A DNA stretch of 40,743 nt from Octopus bimaculoides. Its lineage: Eukaryota. The notes beneath the pieces were generated by a model. That model saw only the letters and a list, made by a program, of their open reading frames with translations, made no database searches and was not told the origin of the DNA. Positions within the stretch are counted from its first letter, which is position 1. Each line of letters begins with the position of its first letter. The translations under genes were made by a program, and so were the position numbers. Below, piece by piece: positions 32,833 through 40,743 of the stretch. The stretch covers positions 114,977,647-115,018,389 of the forward strand of contig NC_068981.1 of the NCBI RefSeq assembly GCF_001194135.2, written 5' to 3'.

Positions 32833-33153
32833 CCTGGGCTACATATATTTATGTCTTTATTGCCCACAGGGGGCTAAATATAGAGAGGACAAACAAAGGG
32901 ATTAAGTTGATTACATCAACCCCAGTGTGTAACTGGTACTTTTTAATCGACCCTGAAAGGATGAAAGATAAAGTCGACCTTAGCGGAATTTGAACTCCGA
33001 ATGTAATGGCAGACGAAGTACTGCTAAGCATTTCGCCTGGTGTGCTAACGATTCTGCCAGCTCACCACTGCATATATTTCATAGTGAGTGGAACCTCAAA
33101 AGTGGTAAATATCCAAGCAAGGTGTATACTGCAGGCTAGTCTTCAGGCCAAGG
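32833..33153 (-). ncRNA. Type I hammerhead ribozyme interrupted by a SINE
   Basis: Removing the SINE and one TSD restores ccuuggc CUGAAGA (33146-33140)...GAAA uauaug UA gcccagg. Confidence 0.7.
32851..33070 (-). mobile_element. tRNA-derived SINE inserted into a hammerhead, 9-bp TSD CATATATTT
   Basis: Same family as 13193-13400; TSDs at 32842-32850 and 33071-33079. Confidence 0.88.
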
Positions 33154-33204
33154 ATATCTTGATTAAATGAAAGTTTATGAAGTACATGTTAATGCATGGA
33201 AGAT

Positions 33205-33296
33205 TCTTGGCCTGAAGAGTAGCTTGTGGTATACACCTCACTTTGATATCTACCACTTCTGAGGTTCTGCTCACTATGAAACATATGTAGCCCAGA
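33205..33296 (+). ncRNA. Type I hammerhead ribozyme, apparently intact
   Basis: Stem I ucuuggc/gcccaga (6/7), CUGAAGA 33212-33218, stem II guag/cuau, GAAA 33278-33281, palindromic stem III ACAUAUGU, GUA cleavage after 33289. Confidence 0.8.
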
Positions 33297-35279
33297 GCTT
33301 ATCTACTCCATTCTGTAACTCATATATGTATATTTATATATGACCTCAAAACAGATAAAGTCATAAATAATGGTCTGTAGTAATTCTTTTTTGGGATCAG
33401 TGAAACTTGGATATTTTGAAAACTCTTATATTCTGATGGCTTATAATGATCATAAGCATGTTGTGGAATAAAGTTGCTTCCTTTTTCTTTGTCTGATCAA
33501 ACCTAGTAACTCTAAATTCAAATCTGCAACTATATGACAGCAAGATACCTCACAATCCATGCAAACAAAATGTTTTTCTATATATTTCTTTTTGTTAGAT
33601 TTGTTCTGTTAGCCTATTTACTTAGCATTATAACAATAATCATTATTTTTACATACATGATAAAGATATACCAGTTTTGTTGTGTTCAAATTGAGTATTT
33701 GAACTATTAGAATTTGATGAGGTTTAAATCATAAAAGTACAATTTCTAATTTTTTAAGTAAATTAAGTTGTCATGTTTATAAAATTTTAGTTGTATTTTA
33801 ATGCTATTTGAGTTTTAATATGTACACTTCTTTGTGTGCAATACATCTTTAATCTTTTTGTTTCTATTTGCTAACCAAAATAGACACCTTAAGTACTTAA
33901 ATTAAATTCTAAAATAATCATGAATTTAGACTTGTATCACAAAACAACTCTAACTTTTTCATTAATCAACATATCACTGTGATTTTTCGAACACCATTTA
34001 ACAAAAGGTACTTAAGCAAATCTAATTACAGGTGAATACAACAAAATATAAAATTATTTAAATTTTGTTTAAGCATCAACATAAAAAATGAGTTATTGGC
34101 TTATTCAATGAGCATACAACAAAATTTTAATATAGAAGACTTGTGAAAATTACTGGATTATCTATCAGTTGAACTTAATGCTCATAAGACAGCTGTACTA
34201 TATTGGTGAAGCAGAACAAAATCCTGGAATTTGTCTTTGAAGAAAATTAGGAAATGAAATACATGTCATCAGCTAAATGAAATAAACTCACACACATGCA
34301 TAAATACACAGAAACACCTATAATAATGATTCACAATACAAATTAATCCAAACTTGTCACATCTTAATTTACAGGGAAATAAAAAATAAAAATGAGGAAA
34401 ATTTGAAAAAAAAAAATTGGGAAATTAATATTTCTAAAAATAGTCGGATTTTTGACTTTCTTCCAAGTATGTGGGAAACCTCAAACTTTCTTTTTCCCCT
34501 GTTTCTATGTCCTGCATAATGATTCGTTTCTGCAGTAACCGCTTCAAAGGAAAAAGTGAAAAAAATATTCTACGAGTTTCATTTTCTTGGAAAGACAGTG
34601 GCTAAATCTAATTTCTTCCAAAAAAATAGCTAAAGAAACTATTTTCTATTTTTTAAATTCTTACTATATTCAGATGCAAATTCACTTCTTTTTATCTCTA
34701 TTGGAACTGTTGCTAGAATTGTTTTGCTTTTGGAAAGAGAAATATCCAACTAAGAATCATACACATGCTTTTTATGTTTGCCATATATTTTTTCTATGTC
34801 TTCTTTCAAAAATACCTCCAATTCAAACTCACTGCTTGACAAAATGAAACTGGTATCCAGTTTTCATCCATAGTGAAACATTTATGAAAATGGAAGTGGA
34901 AAAAAGTGGGGGGGAAAATCTCCAAGAATTTGCAGCACTCGGATATCATGTAAAATGTCGGGCAGGGTAACTTAACTGTTTACATAGTACAATCACATGT
35001 TTTCATAAATGTTTTAACAAGATTTACACTGAAATTCACATTAAAATATGAATAGGGTCACTTTGGGCAGTTATGGGTAACATTTATCCAAATATTTTCA
35101 GGCATCTATTGGTAGTTAAGTAACAAAAAAGTTAATAGACATTCATATAAAAAAAGAAATTGTTCTCTTTCATATGTGTGTTAATGTGTTAAATGGAATA
35201 GAGTCATTAGTTTTATTGCTGGTTGCTTCCAAGACTTAAGTTCAGTTTTGTAACTAAATTACTAATCTTCATCAATTAT

Positions 35280-36270
35280 GCAGATATGTTTTGGATGCCT
35301 GTATTATCTATAATTTGTGTTCTATTTGCCATCATTACATTATTGTTACTGGCACAGTTTGTTTTTGGGGTGCTACTCCAGATGATCCAGTACTCATCAG
35401 TTGCCACTGAGATTTTGACGGTGACAGACCAAGATTTTCTTTGTCTGCCTTTCTTCATTTTTGCTCTGGAGAATGATTTTGGATGGGAAGTTGTGATACT
35501 ATAACAAGGTGTGTTCCTGCTTGTTAACCTATTTGCTGACTTTTTGTCTGATAAAACTGCAGAGATTCTGTTTACAATCTGCTTGGCAGCCTCCTGAAGC
35601 ACTTGTGCTGGAACACCTGGATCCTTTGTTTTGCATCAACTGCCAGTGTTCAACTTTCCTACCCATACAGAAAGATCAAAGTCATTGAATACATAGTTTG
35701 TGCTTTGTGGAAAAAAATGATGGGAATGCTATTACATATAATCTGTTTAGACAAGTTAAATCTTGCTTTTATCTTCTTTATTGAGCTGCTATGCTTGCTT
35801 AAAGTGGATGTAAAGCATTTAAGATTGACCACTCCAAGTTTTTATCCATTCAGTATTTGTCAGTTACAGTATTCTGGCTGTGGCTGTTGATAGGCATCTT
35901 GCCCTTTCTGAATCGACCCCCATTCCACATATTCCTGCTGCATTATCCAGTCTTGAGGTAAGTTCCTAGAGTTCTGTTTCGCTGCTTCCCATTCAGTTGA
36001 CATCATCAACAAAATGCATTTTTATGAGGCCATCCTTTGATGGAAATGGAGATGTAAGGCCCCATATTATCCTTGCATGAAAGATTTTCCAGATGTTGAA
36101 AAGTACTTGAGAGAAATTACAGACTTTATGAACTCCAGTTGTTGTCCTGAAGCTATCTGCATTGTTGTTATTCAGGCAACTTGCACTGTTTGAGAGTTTC
36201 TTGGATGAAGTTATTATCAAAGTTGAAATCTCACATTGCAAATATAGCCAAAGGCTTCTTTTCAAATCAA
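35280..36270 (-). mobile_element. Decayed RTE/BovB-like LINE, distinct from the other RTE family
   Basis: Collinear remnants: TTGVHKVCNFSQVLFNI, MHFVDDVN (FADD), LYG.ES.TL, RIQVFQHKCFRRL, KKGRQRKSW. Confidence 0.75.
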
Positions 36271-38481
36271 TAAATTAGTGATAGAAGTCACTTTGGTGTT
36301 CTCAGTTAGCAGTTCAATGTAAATGTCTCCTCTGATGTCTTCAGTTTTAACTGTTTCTTCTGTCTTTCACTGAAGACTGTAGTGTATATATTTCTAGAAC
36401 TGCCAAAAGTGAAAGGAGTTAAAAAGCACAAGCAAGGGGAAAGTGTTGAGCTGGAATCATAAGAAAATGTTTCTTTAAAGACTTATATTCTAAAGTTCTA
36501 TTCAGCTTCTTCATTGTGACTTTTGTAACATTTTAACCATAAAGAAAGAGCAGTGGTGTCCACCATATGGCTAACCTGAGCTTTTAGAATGCATCAGATT
36601 TTAACTAATGTCTATTACCATAAAAGTTAATTACTTGACAGCTATTGTCAAAATTTTGTATGTTGAAATTGTTAATATCATTATTATTACAACAATTACC
36701 ATCATTATTATTAGAAATTTAATGTAGATTGGTAAACTTGACTTTGTTTTACATTAGTCTTAACAACATAGTATCTGTTCTGATCCTATAGATATTTTAG
36801 TATATAATTTTGATGTCCATGTTATATTTTCTAAATTCTAATATATACTGTTGAACCGATTGCTATCCATCTTTAATAACACGTTATTGCTTCTGTTACC
36901 TATCTCAACTGGTCTAATCAAAAATACATAATCTTATAAAACAAAACTAAATCACAAAAAATGTAATTTAATAATTTAGATATAAAAATAATTAGCACTA
37001 CATTATAGTTTTCTGTATATTTTTTGTTGTATGAAAATGTTCCAAATCCAGTATTTTTTGTTTATTTTTGCTTTGCTCTAAAAGACATTTATTTATATTA
37101 TGTCTAACTTGGTGACAGTGTCTAAAATGCTAGCCTACTAACACATGATTATGTGTTCAAAACTGCTACTTCTTGAGACAATATACATTATTTCTCTTTC
37201 TCTCAGCCTGCTAAATGAAATTGCATGTCCATCCTCCATTATAGTTAGATGTTTGGTATTAGGAGAGAGGCCTAACCATAGAACCAGTCTTAAATCAAAA
37301 TAGGTATTTAAAAATGTATAATTTAAATCAAGAAAATTAAATTTCATCTCAAGACTTTTAAGTGAAAGGCAAGTTCTGTGATATGATTGTAAGTTCTTAG
37401 TATGCGGCCTGTAATCCAGTTTTCATCCCTACTTTGAAGATGCTAATGCTTTAAGAATGGTGTAATTGCTTCAAATTTTCCATTCCCTCTCCATGTAACA
37501 GGTTAAGTATTCATAACTATGTACTAGATCATTATATCCAAACTAATTTAATAGGATTTTTTTTTTTTTTGCATACAAAATGTTATAAACATTTCAGAAT
37601 AGATACATTCTGTTTTACTGTTACTGCAGCTGTGAAAATACTTGAGCTTGTCTGATAATTTAAAAATGATTTTAAAATAAAATTACACTCTCCACACATA
37701 CACTCATTCAAAAGTACTAGAAGAGTTCAAAGGAACGTTGTATGTTTGATAAACAAACTCAGTTTTGCCTAACTTTACAACTCTCTTTTAAGACTGAATT
37801 TGCTCTCCTGCTGTTTTTATTTTTTTTTTTCATTCTTCCTTTTCATTTTTTTCTTTGGTCTTCTTTTTCTCTTCTTTTTTTCTTGATCTGCTCTTTCCTT
37901 TTTCTTCTTTCCTCATTCTTATTTTGACTCTATATCAGGAAACATTTTACTGGCTGTTTTCTTTGTCTTTTTTCTGATGTTGGATGGCAATGAAACAAGT
38001 ATATATTGTGGTTGTTGTTGTTTAGCCCTGGGTCAGACCTGTTAACATAGAACTCTGATAAAGCACTTATTCTGTGATAACCCTATTGTTTTTTTACTCC
38101 TTTTTGCTTTACCAAGTTGGGTGTTTTTGAAGAAATTTCAGGCAGGTTGAGTGACATCATTGACTTTAATGTGAATAATAAGCTGAATGATGCATGCTGG
38201 GGGAAAAATTGGTAGTAGAAATAAGCTAGAGAAATATTGAGAAATAGCAACTATGTTAGGCATAAGAATGTTGGTTCTTGCAGTTAAGATTGTATAATAT
38301 TGAGAGGAATTGGAAATTATGTATTGCAGATCTTTCTGTTTAATGCCAGGATGCAAAATAGATATTTACCTATGTCAGAGTGTGTGGACAGTAGCATTGT
38401 TGGTTAGAGGTTTCAACAGACCAGTCACTAGTTTATGCAAATTTTTCAATGGCAAGACTGACAAGATGTATCTGTGTAGAT

Positions 38482-38717
38482 TAGTGGTTCTCAACTGGGG
38501 ACCATATAAGATTTTGTTATTAAAATTATGTTCAATAAATTGGTTATACTTCTACAGTACACAAAATATTTTAACAGACATTTGTTTTGAAAATTCCTAA
38601 TAATATTTAATTATAAAAATATGATGGAATTTTTTAAACATCAAAAGCTATGAGAGTCCAGCCAAGTAAAATAAGAATCAAAGGAGGCCATAGGCAAGAA
38701 CTGGTTGAGAACCTCTG
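38482..38717. mobile_element. hAT (Charlie-like) MITE, 236 bp
   Basis: TIR tagtggttctcaac / gttgagaacctctg; perfect 8-bp TSD GTGTAGAT at 38474-38481 and 38718-38725. Confidence 0.9.
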
Positions 38718-39064
38718 GTGTAGATAATTGGAAAATTGAAACTCTACCATGGAAGTAGTAATGTTTCATTATTGCAATTGTCTGTGATATCCTGATCACT
38801 ACAACAGCAATGACAACTCAGAGATTCATGATATATGTTGCAGAAGATGGTAGCTGTCCCATACAGCTTTATATTGGGTTTGTGGTAGTATACATTGTGT
38901 TAGCATTAGTATCTTAATTGTGAAGGAGATACATCCAGTGGCAAGGGTGGCCCAAAATCACTGGTACCTCCCTTAGCTGTTAGAGCTGCCAGAATTCCAG
39001 TATGTTAGAAACTACTTTGAAATTTAGTTTACACATTATTCTTCTCTCAGGATGCAGGCATGGT

Positions 39065-39330
39065 TATAGAGAGCCATAGCTGTGTAGTTAAGTTTGTTTC
39101 CTAAAAACACGGATTTAAGTTCAGTCCTATTGTCTTGCACCTCAGGCAAGTGTCTCCAGCTGCAATGTCAATAAAAGCCTTACATATTATGTGTGTTTCT
39201 GTCTTCTTGTCTAGACATCACATGATAGTTGTAAATGAATGTCATTATATAAGCAGTGTAATTCATTTCAAATCTTCTGTGAAAACATGTCCAGCCATTG
39301 GGGTGACATTGCCTTGCTTGGAAATGACAT
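39065..39330 (+). mobile_element. tRNA-derived SINE, diverged
   Basis: agctgtgtagttaag (box A), gttcagtcc (box B), ggcaagtgtct body similar to 23385-23550. Confidence 0.6.
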
Positions 39331-39751
39331 GAAGAATACTCAGCCATAGAAAGTCTACTGCAGTGAATTCATTTTGATTCATGTGTTCATGAAAAAGTGG
39401 ACATTAAAATAATAATGACAGTGGTGTACACCTAGCCATTGTCTTCCTAAATTCAGCTATCAGGCAGCAGGGTAATGCAGAAGGGTTGCTCTACTACAGA
39501 TAAGAAACTCTGTTTACCCAACTCCAGAACAGATGTTGACAAGAATCTAGGATCAATCACTTCTAAAGTGATCTTACGTGTTTTATTCACCATCTCAATC
39601 AAGTATATCAAGTTTCCACACATTGTATTAATTCTTTTTTTTTAACAAGCCTCTTCACCAAATTAATTTGATAGATGGGTACTGGTTTAGTTGCCATTGA
39701 CCTAGTCATATAACAGAGCTGTCTGACATAATTAGCCTAAAATGTGTACAT

Positions 39752-39753
39752 GC

Positions 39754-39788
<35 letters not shown>

Positions 39789-39862
39789 TACATACATACA
39801 TACATGTATGTATGTATACATACATACACACATGCATAAATATATATGTATATATATATATC
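39752..39862. repeat. Compound (TA)/(CA)/(TACA)/(TATG) microsatellite
   Basis: Read directly from the sequence. Confidence 0.9.
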
Positions 39863-40009
39863 TCTACAGGGGTTGGACAAAATAATGGAAACACCTAGCA
39901 TCATAGCATCATAATTTTGAAATAACTATAAAACTGTCAAAAGCTTGTTTATTTTTATGTTTTTTGATTTATTATTAGTGTTGCTTAATATGTTTTGCTA
40001 AAATTGCTT

Positions 40010-40743
40010 CACATCCGCCACTTACATCCACCTTATCTCCCAAATAACAAAACCCTCTCACCATCTCCACCTCGTCACATAGCATTTCCACTGGTTCCTG
40101 CAGCCCTCCACCTCCTTTCTCACATCTTCCACAAATAAACTCTCTTGCCAGTCTTGGGGGTCACCTTCTTCCTTTTCGTACATTTACCATGAATCCATTT
40201 CTCACATCTCATACACAACACCACATTTGCCATTACCCTCCTCCTACATACACCACATGGATCCACCTTACTCGATAACACTTCTATCAAGCTCACCATC
40301 ACCTTTGTCTTCCCGAAGTTTACCTTCAAACCCTTGCTTTCAAATGCCTCCTTCCATTTCCAAAACTTCCTCAATCCCTCCACACAGCTATCCTCATCTG
40401 TTCTCGCCACATGTCCATACCAGCGCAATCGTCTCTCTTGTACACCACAACTGATGCTTCTTAGGTTCAACTTTTCTTTCAAGATACTTACACTCTGTCG
40501 GGTATGCACACTAACATTACTCATCCATTGGAGCATACTGGCTTCATTCCTTGCGAGCTTACGCATGTCCTCAACAGTCAAGGCCCATGTTTCACTGCCA
40601 TGTAGCATGGCTGTTCGTACACATGCGTCATACAGTCTGCCTTTTACTCTGAGCGAGAGGCCCTTTTTCGCCAGCAGAGGTAAGAGCTCTCTGAACTTTG
40701 CCCAGGCTATTCTTATTCTAGCAGCTACACTTTCAGCGCACCC
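40010..40743 (-). mobile_element. Two fused RTE LINE fragments (40010-40375 like 670-1040; 40376-40743 like 27690-28160)
   Basis: ORF 40120-40608 joins LHGSETW..RRLRWYGHV to KFWKWKEAFESKG..CGVC, which is not the natural domain order. Confidence 0.85.

Noticed and set aside
33700-35050. Possible DNA-transposon remnant in AT-rich sequence
   Set aside because: No TIR/TSD pair or translatable motif could be established by eye.
36335-36410. gtcttcagt/actgaagac 9-bp inverted repeat containing CTGAAGA on both strands
   Set aside because: No stem II, GAAA or stem III arrangement on either strand; treated as a chance hairpin.

Overview
AT-rich, repeat-dense eukaryotic genomic DNA with five N-gaps. 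The repeat families look like an Octopus/coleoid cephalopod assembly (inference, not a search result). The window holds most of one + strand gene, COP9 signalosome subunit 1 (CSN1/GPS1). Twelve GT-AG coding exons from 2682 to 28654 join into an uninterrupted 440-codon frame. The first exon and the terminal exon were not found. Introns and flanks contain decayed RTE-clade LINEs, tRNA-derived SINEs, a full-length but dead mariner, piggyBac-like MITEs and a hAT MITE. Nearly all other ORFs in the supplied track are spurious or TE-derived. The main unexplained signal is a set of about eight type I hammerhead ribozyme (HHR) motifs (CUGANGA, stem II, GAAA, short self-complementary stem III, UH). They sit in short non-coding modules that mostly abut (TA)n microsatellites. 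Three modules are head-to-head palindromes, and one also carries a 345-nt partial tandem repeat. This resembles Penelope-like pLTRs or non-LTR retrozymes. All folds were paired by hand, and activity is untested.
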